Assembly: GCA_004431415.1 (NCBI GenBank)
Contig: QPMI01000609.1
Span: 62,001-126,000, forward strand
DNA length: 64,000 nucleotides
Source of the DNA: Cyanophora paradoxa CCMP329
Taxonomy: Eukaryota > Plantae > Glaucophyta
Direction: 5' to 3'
Shown here one piece after another: positions 36,020 to 48,000 of the stretch. The position numbers and the translations under genes are program-made. How positions within the stretch are numbered: the first letter of the stretch is position 1; each line of letters opens with the position of its first letter. Below the pieces are notes generated by a model that ran no database searches, had not been told where the DNA came from, and worked only from the letters and a program-made list of their open reading frames with translations.

Positions 36020-39000
36020 CCGCTCCCGGATTCGGAGGCCAGGCCCGCCTGGCCCAGTGGGGCCCCTCGCTCCCGTCTGCCAGTCCGAGGAGCCATGCTG
36101 CGGCCGCCCCCACTGAGCTAGTCATAGGCCCCCAGCTCGATCGACCCTGTTTCACGCTGTACGGATTGCTGGTACTGGCGAGTATCGATATTGGTTACGG
36201 CCGTCAGACTACTAGGGCTATGAAGCCGGGCGGGCGCGGGCGGGGTCGCGGCTGGAGCCGACGAGGACAGGCACGGGGGCAGCGGCCCGGCGGGGCCCGG
36301 GGCGGCGGCTGGAGAGGGCGCGCAGGGCCGCGTCGGGCGGGCCGGGGGCCTGCGGGGCGGACGCGCTCGGCTGCAGGCGATGGGCTGCGCCAGCCGCGAA
36401 GGCTGTGCGGGACCGCAGCCTTTCTGCCCCCTCCACCGCCTGGCCCGAAGCCAGCTGCAGCCCGCGGCCGCCGGAAGCACCGAGGGGCGGCCAGAGCCGG
36501 CGCCCCACGCTCGCCGCCGCCGGCCGCGCCCTTCGCCCGCCCCAACGGCCACTGCGGCCAAGCGCACCTGTAAGGCTGGCCCGCCCAGATCCCCGCCCCG
36601 CGCCGGCGCCGGCGCCCGCGCCCCGCCCCGCCCGCGCCGGCAAGCGCCGCCGGGCCCAGGAGCGGTCCCCGCCCCCGCGTCGCTCCCGTGCAAGCTGACG
36701 CACCGCTGCGCGGGCGCGCCTCAGAGGCGAAGAGGGGAGGGTGGGGCAGGGGAGAGGACCAGGACGCGCCATGCAAGTCAGAGACTTAAGGGGGTTGAAG
36801 GCGCAGACCCTCTGCAGCGCGCCAGCGCCTCGGGGGTCACGCCACGGGGTCACGCCACGCCTGCAAGGACGCTTAGCTATGGGCACGGCAGCCGCTGAGC
36901 GCGCCCGCGGGCCAAGTCCCGCACCGCACCGCGACAGCTGCGGCCGCACTGCGGCATCCGTTGCGGTGCCGCAGCGGCGACGCGACGCAGGCAGCTCTGC
37001 GCTCCCGCCCGTCAACATGAGTTAGCCGGGGCGGGCCGGCGATGCCGCGCAGGCGAAAGAACCACGCACGAGGCGGACGATGCCGCGAGCACCACTGGGG
37101 CAGCTCACAGCAGACGGTGGTTGCTCACACGCCCCGCGGCCGCCTGTGAAGGCGCGCGCTCACTCACCCGGAGATCTAGCTAGAACGTCTAGCTAGATCG
37201 CACGGCGCTAGGCGCACCTCCCGTTCACGGGTTCAGGATCGAGTCCCCGCAAGCCTCCTCGACGCCACCGCATCGCAGCGACTCCACGCACCCTCCACAG
37301 CGCTCGCAACGCTCCGCGGCCGAAGCTCGCCTCGCGCGCCGCCGCCTGCCGCGCTCCTCTCGCCCGTCTTCCTCGTGACGAGCAGCAGCGGGAGAGCTGA
37401 TCTTGAGCCGGCAGGCGCACGTCCCGCCTTCTCAAGAAGACAGGGAGAGGCTCCGCGGCGGCTCATGCGCCCCGGCTGGCGGGGGCACAGGCTGCGAAGG
37501 TGTGCGCTGGGATTCTGGGACCGCGCCCTGGGACTGCTGCCATTGGCTGAGACGTTGAAGCTCGCGGCGCCACGCGTACTCGTGCACGTGGACGTCACGC
37601 CACTCCAGTGAAGGGAAAAGTGTTGGCCGGCCAACACTTTTCCGGGGTAGAGCGCGCTTCGTGCGCCGCGCCCGGTGCGAGGAAGGACTTCAGCCGCTGT
37701 GCCGCTCGACCCCCGCGTGTGACCCGCGCTTTGGACGTTCTCGGCGCGCTCCGGCATGCTCCGCGCCGCCGTTCGGGCGGTCTGTGTTTGGTTCCTGGCC
37801 CGCTTGTCCACTCGCCGCCTGGGAACTGCAGCTGGCCGGTGATACCATCATGCTCGGCGAGCATCGCGGCTTGCTCAGGTGCGTCGATACGCGGCGTGAG
37901 TGTGTATGCAAGTGGCGTAGCTAACGGGGGCGCCAGGGCGACCGCCATCGCTGACGATCGGGCCGGGGCCGGGAGGCGGCGCGTGCGCTTCGCCGCCCGC
38001 TCCCATGGCGGGCTGCGCATGCGGTTTCGCCGTCCATGTCGGCACCTGCTCGCAGACTCGCGGGGTCGCGGCCGGCCCAGATGCGTGGCGGCACGTTCGG
38101 CGGGCATCGCCGCTCTTGCTCGTAAGCTGCGCCGCCGAGCATGCAGGTCGTACGACAAGCAGTTCGATGGGGAGGTCGCCGCGTCGCCCGCCGCCTGCTT
38201 AATCCTCAGCGTCGGGTGCGCGCGTGCACATGCGGCGTACCTAGTGGCACAGGTAGCGCTCCAGTTGGAGCGGAAGGCGCGCGCTCGCATGCCCGACTCT
38301 CACTCACGAAGCGCTCGCTCCGAGCAGGGCCCGGGGCCGCTGGATCGGGCGGGCGCGTGCGGAGTGACGTCCCCTCTCCTCCGACCACCCTCCTCCTCGG
38401 TCTCCTGCCGCCCGCCGGCCCATGGCCCGCCTCGGACGGGCTTTGGGAACTCGCGCGGGGCGCCAGCGGGCCAAGGGCCGCGCCGAGCTGGTTGCGAGCT
38501 TGGCGAGCGGTCCCGGGGAGGCAGCGGCACAGCGCGCGGTCCGCGCCTCGGCCGGCATTATGCAAGTGGCGTAGCTAACGGGGGCGCCAGGGCGACCGCC
38601 ATCGCTGACGATCGGGCCGGGGCCGGGAGGCGGCGCGTGCGCTTCGCCGCCCGCTCCCATGGCGGGCTGCGCATGCGGTTTCGCCGTCCATGTCGGCACC
38701 TGCTCGCAGACTCGCGGGGTCGCGGCCGGCCCAGATGCGTGGCGGCACGTTCGGCGGGCATCGCCGCTCTTGCTCGTAAGCTGCGCCGCCGAGCATGCAG
38801 GTCGTACGACAAGCAGTTCGATGGGGAGGTCGCCGCGTCGCCCGCCGCCTGCTTAATCCTCAGCGTCGGGTGCGCGCGTTCACATGCGGCGTACCTAGTG
38901 GCACAGGTAGCGCTCCAGTTAACGTTGGAGCGGAAGGGGCGCGCTCGCATGCCCGACTCTCACTCACGAAGCGCTCGCTCCGAGCAGGGCCCGGGGCCGC

Positions 39001-42000
39001 TGGATCGGGCGGGCGCGTGCGGAGTGACGTCCCCTCTGCTCCGACCACCCTCCTCCTCGGTCTCCTGCCGCCCGCCGGCCCATGGCCCGCCTCGGACGGG
39101 CTTTGGGAGCTCGCGCGGGGCGCCAGCGGGCCAAGGGCCGCGCCGAGCTGGTTGCGAGCTTGGCGAGCGGTCCCGGGGAGGCAGCGGCACAGCGCGCGGT
39201 CCGCGCCTCGGCCGGCTCCTCACTCGGCGCCGACGCCGGCCGCCTCCTGCAGGGAGCGCCGCGGCGCTGCCGGCGTCAGATGGAGGGCCGCCGGAGGGGC
39301 AGATGCGGGGGGAGCGCGGGGCGCTGCGTGCTCCGCGGGCGCCGATCCGGCGCCCGCGCGGGCCGCTCCGGCCCCGCCTTGTGCGCGCGGCGAGCGGATC
39401 CAGAGGCCAGGCCCGCCTGGCCGGCGCCCAGGGGGCCCCTTGCTCCCGACTGCCAGTCCGAGCTCGAGTGGAGGCATGCCGCCCCACTGTAGTAGGCATA
39501 GCTGCAGCTATAGGCCCCCAGCTCGACCCTGTACATGTTTCACGCTGTACACGTGTGGATTGCAATTGCTGGTACTGGCGAGTATCGATATTGGTTACGG
39601 CCGTCAGACTACTAGGGCTATGAAGCCGGGCGGGCGCGGGCGGGCGGCTGGAGCCGACGAGGACAGGCACGGGGGCAGCGGCCCGGCGGGGCGGCGGCTG
39701 GAGAGGGCGCGCAGGGCCGCGTCGGGCGGGCCGGGGGCCTGCGGGGCGGACGCGCTCGGCTGCAGGCGATGGGCTGCGCCAGCCGCGAAGGCTGTGCGGG
39801 ACCGCAGCCTTTCTGCCCCCTCCACCCCCTGTCCCCGAAGCCAGCTGCAGCCCGCGGCCGCCGGAAGCCCCGGGGGGCGGCCAGAGCCGGCGCCCCACGC
39901 TCTCCACCGCCGGCCGCACCCTTCGCCCGCCCCAACGGCCACTGCGGCCAAGCGCCCGCGCCGCCCGCTTGCGACCGCTCCCCCAGATCTTGCTCGGCGG
40001 GCGCCGTGCCGAGCCCGGAACCGCCGCCGCGCTGCTAGACCCGGCCGGCTGCGCGCGGGGCGAGGCGTGAGCGCGGGCGACGGCCCTCAGCCGGCGGGGC
40101 AGCACAGCCCGCGACGGGCGCACCTGTAAGGCTGGCCGCCCAGCGCCCCGCCCCGCGCCGGCGCCGGCGCCGGCGCCCCGCCCCGCCCGCGCCGGCAAGC
40201 GCCGCCGGGCCCAGGAGCGGTCCCCGCCCCCGCGTCGCTCCCGTGCAAGCTGACGCACCGCTGCGCGGGCGCGCCTCAGAGGCGAAGAGGGGAGGGTGGG
40301 GCAGGGGAGAGGACCAGGACGCGCCATGCAAGTCAGAGACTTGAGGGGGTTGAAGGCGCAGACCCTCTGCAGCCCGCCAGCGCCTCGGGAGTCACGCCAC
40401 GGGGTCACACCACGCCTGCGAGGACGCTTAGCTATGGCCATGCACGGCAGCCGCTGAGCGCGCCCGCGGGCCAAGTCCCGCACCGCACTGCGACAGCTGC
40501 GGCCGCACTGCGGCATCCGTTGCGGTGCCGCAGCGGCGACGCGACGCAGGCAGCTCTGCGCTCCCGCCCGTCAACGTGAGTTAGCCGGGGCGGGCCGTCG
40601 ATGCCGCGCAGGCGAAAGAACCACGCACGAGGCGGACGATGCCGCGAGCACCACTGGGGCAGCTCACAGCAGACGGTGGTTGCTCACACGCCCCGCGGCC
40701 GCCTGCGAAGGCGCGCGCTCACTCACCCGGAGATCTAGCTAGAACGTCTAGCTAGATCGCACGGCGCTAGGCGCACCTCCCGTTCACGGGTTCAGGATCG
40801 AGTCCCCGCAACCCACCCACCTCGACGCCACCGCATCGCAGCGACTCCACGCACCCTCCACAGCGCTCGCAACGCTCCGAAGCTCGCCTCGCGCGCCGCC
40901 GCCTGCCGCGCTCCTCTCGCCCGTCTTCCTCGTGACGAGCAGCAGCGGGAGAGCTGATCTTGAGCCGGCAGGCGCACGTCCCGCCTTCTCAAGAAGACAG
41001 GGAGAGGCTCCGCGGCGGCTCATGCGCCCCGGCTGGCGGGGGCACAGGCTGCGAAGGTGTGCGCTGGGACCGCGCCCTGGGACTGCTGCCATTGGCTGAG
41101 ACGTTGAAGCTCGCGGCGCGACACGTACACGTGGACGTCACGCCACTCCAGTGAAGGGAAAAGTGTTGGCCGGCCAACACTTTTCCGGGGTAGAGCGCGC
41201 TTCGTGCGCCGCACCCAGTGCGAGGAAGGACTTCAGGCTTCAGCCGCTATGCCGCTCGACCCCCGCGTGTGACCCGCGCGTTGGACGTTCTCGGCGCGTT
41301 CCGGCATGCTCCGCGCCGCCGTTCGGGCGGTCTGTGTTTGGTTCCTGGCCCGCTTGTCCACTCGCCGCCTGGGAGCTGCAGCTGGCCGGTGATACCATGC
41401 TCGGCGAGCATCGCGGCTTGCTCAGGTGCGTCGAAACGCGGCGTGAGTGTGTATGCAAGTGGCGTAGCTAACGGGGGCGCCAGGGCGACCGCCATCGCTG
41501 ACGATCGGGCCGGGGCCGGGAGGCGGCGCGTGCGCTTCGCCGCCCGCTCCCATGGCGGGCTGCGCATGCGGTTTCGCCGTCCATGTCGGCACCTGCTCGC
41601 AGACTCGCGGGGTCGCGGCCGGCCCAGATGCGTGGCGGCACGTTCGGCGGGCATCGCCGCTCTTGCTCGTAAGCTGCGCCGCCGAGCATGCAGGTCGTAC
41701 GACAAGCAGTTCGATGGGGAGGTCGCCGCGTCGCCCGCCGCCTGCTTAATCCTCAGCGTCGGGTGCGCGCGTTCACATGCGGCGTACCTAGTGGCACAGG
41801 TAGCGCTCCAGTTGGAGCGGAAGGGGCGCGCTCGCATGCCCGACTCTCACTCACGAAGCGCTCGCTCCGAGCAGGGCCCGGGGCCGCTGGATCGGGCGGG
41901 CGCGTGCGGAGTGACGTCCCCTCTGCTCCGACCACCCTCCTCCTCGGTCTCCTGCCGCCCGCCGGCCCATGGCCCGCCTCGGACGGGCTTTGGGAGCTCG

Positions 42001-45000
42001 CGCGGGGCGCCAGCGGGCCGAGGGCCGCGCCGAGCTGGTTGCGAGCTTGGCGAGCGGTCCCGGGGAGGCAGCGGCACAGCGCGCGGTCCGCGCCTCGGCC
42101 GGCTCCTCACTCGGCGCCGACGCCGGCCGCCTCCTGCAGGGAGCGCCGCGGCGCTGCCGGCGTCAGATGGAGGGCCGCCGGAGGGGCAGACGCGGGGGGG
42201 CGCGGGGCGCTGCGTGCTCCGCGGGCGCCGATCCCGGCGCCCGCGCGGGGCCGCTCCGGCCCGCCTTGTGCGCGCGGCGAGCGGATCCAGAGGCCAGGCC
42301 CGCCTGGCCGGCGCCCAGGGGGGCCCCTTGCTCCCGACTGCCAGTCCGAGCTCGAGTGGAGGCATGCCGCCCCCACTGTAGTAGGCATAGCTGCAGCTAT
42401 AGGCCCCCAGCTCGACCCTGTACATGTTTCACGCTGTACACGTGTGGATTGCAATTGCTGGTACTGGCGAGTATCGATATTGGTTACGGCCGTCAGACTA
42501 CTAGGGCTATGAAGCCGGGCGGGCGCGGGCGGGGCGGCTGGAGCCGACGAGGACAGGCACGGGGGCAGCGGCCCGGCGGGGCGGCGGCTGGAGAGGGCGC
42601 GCAGGGCCGCGTCGGGCGGGCCGGGGGCCTGCGGGGCGGACGCGCTCGGCTGCAGGCGATGGGCTGCGCCAGCCGCGAAGGCTGTGCGGGACCGCAGCCT
42701 TTCTGCCCCCTCCACCCCCTGTCCCCGAAGCTAGCTGCAGCCCGCGGCCGCCGGAAGCACCGAGGGGCGGCCAGAGCCGGCGCCCCACGCTCTCCACCGC
42801 CGGCCGCACCCTTCGCCCGCCCCAACGGCCACTGCGGCCAAGCGCCCGCGCCGCCCGCTTGCGACCGCTCCCCCAGATCTTGCTCGGCGGGCGCCGTGCC
42901 GAGCCCGGAACCGCCGCCGCGCTGCTAGACCCGGCCGGCTGCGCGCGGGGCGAGGCGTGAGCGCGGGCGACGGCCCTCAGCCGGCGGGCAGCACAGCCCG
43001 CGACGGGCGCACCTGTAAGGCTGGCCCGCCCAGCGCCCCGCCCCGCGCCGGCGCCGGCGCCCGCGCCCCGCCCCGCCCGCGCCGGCAAGCGCCGCCGGGC
43101 CCAGGAGCGGTCCCCGCCCCCGCGTCGCTCCCGTGCAAGCTGACGCACCGCTGCGCGGGCGCGCCTCAGAGGCGAAGAGGGGAGGGTGGGGCAGGGGAGA
43201 GGACCAGGACGCGCCATGCAAGTCAGAGACTTGAGGGGGTTGAAGGCGCAGACCCTCTGCAGCGCGCCAGCGCCTCGGGGGTCACGCCACGGGGTCACGC
43301 CACGCCTGCAAGGACGCTTAGCTATGGGCACGGCAGCCGCTGAGCGCGCCCGCGGGCCAAGTCCCGCACCGCACTGCGACAGCTGCGGCCGCACTGCGGT
43401 ATCCGTTGCGGTGCCGCAGCGGCGACGCGACGCAGGCAGCTCTGCGCTCCCGCCCGTCAACGTGAGTTAGCCGGGGCGGGCCGTCGATGCCGCGCAGGCG
43501 AAAGAACCACGCACGAGGCGGACGATGCCGCGAGCACCACTGGGGCAGCTCACAGCAGACGGTGGTTGCTCACACGCCCCGCGGCCGCCTGCGAAGGCGC
43601 GCGCTCACTCACCCGGAGATCTAGCTAGAACGTCTAGCTAGATCGCACGGCGCTAGGCGCACCTCCCGTTCACGGGTTCAGGATCGAGTCCCCGCAACCC
43701 ACCCACCTCGACGCCACCGCATCGCAGCGACTCCACGCACCCTCCACAGCGCTCGCAACGCTCCGCGGCCGAAGCTCGCCTCGCGCGCCGCCGCCTGCCG
43801 CGCTCCTCTCGCCCGTCTTCCTCGTGACGAGCAGCAGCGGGAGAGCTGATCTTGAGCCGGCAGGCGCACGTCCCGCCTTCTCAAGAAGACAGGGAGAGGC
43901 TCCGCGGCGGCTCATGCGCCCCGGCTGGCGGGGGCACAGGCTGCGAAGGTGTGCGCTGGGATTCTGGGACCGCGCCCTGGGACTGCTGCCATTGGCTGAG
44001 ACGTTGAAGCTCGCGGCGCCACGCGTACTCGTGCACGTGGACGTCACGCCACTCCAGTGAAGGGAAAAGTGTTGGCCGGCCAACACTTTTCCGGGGTAGA
44101 GCGCGCTTCGTGCGCCGCGCCCGGTGCGAGGAAGGACTTCAGCCGCTATGCCGCTCGACCCCCGCGTGTGACCCGCGCTTTGGACGTTCTCGGCGCGCTC
44201 CGGCATGCTCCGCGCCGCCGTTCGGGCGGTCTGTGTTTGGTTCCTGGCCCGCTTGTCCACTCGCCGCCTGGGAGCTGCAGCTGGCCGGTGATACCATGCT
44301 CGGCGAGCATCGCGGCTTGCTCAGGTGCGTCGAAACGCGGCGTGAGTGTGTATGCAAGTGGCGTAGCTAACGGGGCGCCAGGGCGACCGCCATCGCTGAC
44401 GATCGGGCCGGGGCCGGGAGGCGGCGCGTGCGCTTCGCCGCCCGCTCCCATGGCGGGCTGCGCATGCGGTTTCGCCGTCCATGTCGGCACCTGCTCGCAG
44501 ACTCGCGGGGTCGCGGCCGGCCCAGATGCGTGGCGGCACGTTCGGCGGGCATCGCCGCTCTTGCTCGTAAGCTGCGCCGCCGAGCATGCAGGTCGTACGA
44601 CAAGCAGTTCGATGGGAGGTCGCCGCGTCGCCCGCCGCCTGCTTAATCCTCAGCGTCGGGTGCGCGCATGCACATGCGGCGTACCTAGTGGCACAGGTAG
44701 CGCTCCAGTTGGAGCGGAAGGCGCGCGCTCGCATGCCCGACTCTCACTCACGAAGCGCTCGCTCAGCGGCTCCGAGCAGGGCCCGGGGCCGCTGGATCGG
44801 GCGGGCGCGTCCGGAGTGATCATGACGTCCCCTCTGCTCCGACCTTCCTCCTCCTCGGTCTCCTGCCGCCCGCCGGCCCATGGCCCGCCTCGGACGGGCT
44901 TTGGGAGCTCGCGCGGGGCCCGGGGCGCCGGCTGGCCAAGGGCCGCGCCGAGCTGGTTGCGAACTTGGCGAGCGGTCCCGGGGAGGCAGCGGCACAGCGC

Positions 45001-48000
45001 GCGGTCCGCGCCTCGGTCGGCTCCTCACTCGGCGCCGACGCCGGCTCGGCGCCGACGCCGGCCGCCTCCTGCAGGGAGCGCCGCGGCGCTGCGGGCGTCG
45101 TCAGATGGAGGGCCGCCGGAGGGGCAGACGCGGGGGGCGCGGGGCGCTGCGTGCTCCGCGGGCACCGATCCCGGCGCCCGCGCGGGCCGCTCCGGCCCGC
45201 CTTGTGCACGTGCGCGCGGCGAGCGGATCCCGAGGCCAGGCCCGCCTGGCCGGCGCCCAGGGGGGCCCCTCGCTCCCGACTGCCAGTCCGAGAGGAGGCA
45301 TGCCGCCCCCACTGTAGTAGGCATAGCTGCAGCTATAGGCCCCCAGCTCGATCCTGTACATGTTTCACGCTGTATACGTGTGGATTGCAATTGCTGGTAC
45401 TGGCGAGTATCGATATTGTTTACGGCCGTCAGACTACTAGGGCTATGAAGCCGGGCGGGCGCGGGCGGGGCGGCTGGAGCCGACGAGGACAGGCATGCGC
45501 ACGGGGGCAGCGGCCCGGCGGGGCGGCGGCTGGAGAGGGCGCGCAGGGCCGCGTCGGGCGGGCCGGGGGCCTGCGGGCGGACGCGCTCGGCTGCAGGCGA
45601 TGGGCTGCGCCAGCCGCGAAGGCTGTGCGGGACCGCGGCCTTTCTGCCCCCTCCACCCCCTGTCCCCGAAGCTAGCTGCAGCCCGCGGCCGCCGGAAGCA
45701 CCGAGGGGCGGCCAGAGCCGGCGCCCCACGCTCGCTGCCGCCGGCCGCGCCTTCGCCCGCCCCGGCGGCCACTGCGGCCAAGCGCCCGCGCCGCCCGCTT
45801 GCGACCGCTCCCCCAGATCTTGCTCGGCGGGCGCCGTGCCGAGCCCGGAACCGCCGCCGCGCTGCTAGACCCGGCCGGCTGCGCGCGGGGCGAGGCGTGA
45901 GCGCGGGCGACGGCCCTCAGCCGGCGGGGCAGCACAGCCCGCGACGGGCGCACCTGTAAGGCTGGCCCGCCCAGCGCCCCGCCCCGCGCCGGCGCCGGCG
46001 CCGGCGCCCCGCCCCGCCCGCGCCGGCAAGCGCCGCCGGGCCCAGGAGCGGTCCCCGCCCCGCGTCGCTCCCGTGCAAGCTGACGCACCGCTGCGCGGGC
46101 GCGCCTCAGAGGCGAAGAGGGGAGGGTGGGCAGGGAGAGGACCAGGACGCGCCATGCAAGTCAGAGACTTAAGGGGGTTGAAGGCGCAGACCCTCTGCAG
46201 CGCGCCAGCGCCTCGGGGGTCACGCCACGGGGTCACGCCACGCCTGCAAGGACGCTTAGCTATGGGCACGGCAGCCGCTGAGCGCGCCCGCGGGCCAAGT
46301 CCGCACCGCACTGCGACAGCTGCGGCCGCACTGCGGTATCCGTTGCGGTGCCGCAGCGGCGACGCGACGCAGGCAGCTCTGCGCTCCCGCCCGTCAACGT
46401 GAGTTAGCCGGGGCGGGCCGTCGATGCCGCGCAGGCGAAAGAACCACGCACGAGGCGGACGATGCCGCGAGCACCACTGGGGCAGCTCACAGCAGACGGT
46501 GGTTGCTCACACGCCCCGCGGCCGCCTGCGAAGGCGCGCGCTCACTCACCCGGAGATCTAGCTAGAACGTCTAGCTAGATCGCACGGCGCTAGGCGCACC
46601 TCCCGTTCACGGGTTCAGGATCGAGTCCCCGCAACCCACCCACCTCGACGCCACCGCATCGCAGCGACTCCACGCACCCTCCACAGCGCTCGCAACGCTC
46701 CGCGGCCGAAGCTCGCCTCGCGCGCCGCCGCCTGCCGCGCTCCTCTCGCCCGTCTTCCTCGTGACGAGCAGCAGCGGGAGAGCTGATCTTGAGCCGGCAG
46801 GCGCACGTGCCGCCTTCTCAAGAAGACAGGGAGAGGCTCCGCGGCGGCTCATGCGCCCCGGCTGGCGGGGGCACAGGCTGCGAAGGTGTGCGCTGGGATT
46901 CTGGGACCGCGCCCTGGGACTGCTGCCATTGGCTGAGACGTTGAAGCTCGCGGCGCCACGCGTACTCGTGCACGTGGACGTCACGCCACTCCAGTGAAGG
47001 GAAAAGTGTTGGCCGGCCAACACTTTTCCGGGGTAGAGCGCGCTTCGTGCGCCGCGCCCGGTGCGAGGAAGGACTTCAGCCGCTATGCCGCTCGACCCCC
47101 GCGTGTGACCCGCGCTTTGGACGTTCTCGGCGCGCTCCGGCATGCTCCGCGCCGCCGTTCGGGCGGTCTGTGTTTGGTTCCTGGCCCGCTTGTCCACTCG
47201 CCGCCTGGGAGCTGCAGCTGGCCGGTGATACCATGCTCGGCGAGCATCGCGGCTTGCTCAGGTGCGTCGAAACGCGGCGTGAGTGTGTATGCAAGTGGCG
47301 TAGCTAACGGGGGCGCCAGGGCGACCGCCATCGCTGACGATCGGGCCGGGGCCGGGAGGCGGCGCGTGCGCTTCGCCGCCCGCTCCCATGGCGGGCTGCG
47401 CATGCGGTTTCGCCGTCCATGTCGGCACCTGCTCGCAGACTCGCGGGTCGCGGCCGGCCCAGATGCGTGGCGGCACGTTCGGCGGGCATCGCCGCTCTTG
47501 CTCGTAAGCTGCGCCGCCGAGCATGCAGGTCGTACGACAAGCAGTTCGATGGGGAGGTCGCCGCGTCGCCCGCCGCCTGCTTAATCCTCAGCGTCGGGTG
47601 CGCGCATGCACATGCGGCGTACCTAGTGGCACAGGTAGCGCTCCAGTTGGAGCGGAAGGCGCGCGCTCGCATGCCCGACTCTCACTCACGAAGCGCTCGC
47701 TCAGCGGCTCCGAGCAGGGCCCGGGCCGCTGGATCGGCGGGCGCGTCCGGAGTGATCATGACGTCCCCTCTGCTCCGACCTTCCTCCTCCTCGGTCTCCT
47801 GCCGCCCGCCGGCCCATGGCCCGCCTCGGACGGGCTTTGGGAGCTCGCGCGGGCCCGGGGCGCCGGCTGGCCAAGGGCCGCGCCGAGCTGGTTGCGAACT
47901 TGGCGAGCGGTCCCGGGAGGCAGCGGCACAGCGCGCGGTCCGCGCCTCGGTCGGCTCCTCACTCGGCGCCGACGCCGGCTCGGCGCCGACGCCGGCCGCC

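Noticed and set aside
39592-39620. GGTTACGGCC... in each array unit resembles a 5S rRNA 5' end
   Set aside because: No downstream 5S sequence, internal promoter boxes or T-run terminator.
37608-39623. 671-aa ORF and similar long ORFs in the array
   Set aside because: R/A/G/P-rich GC artefacts; frames are not conserved between units.
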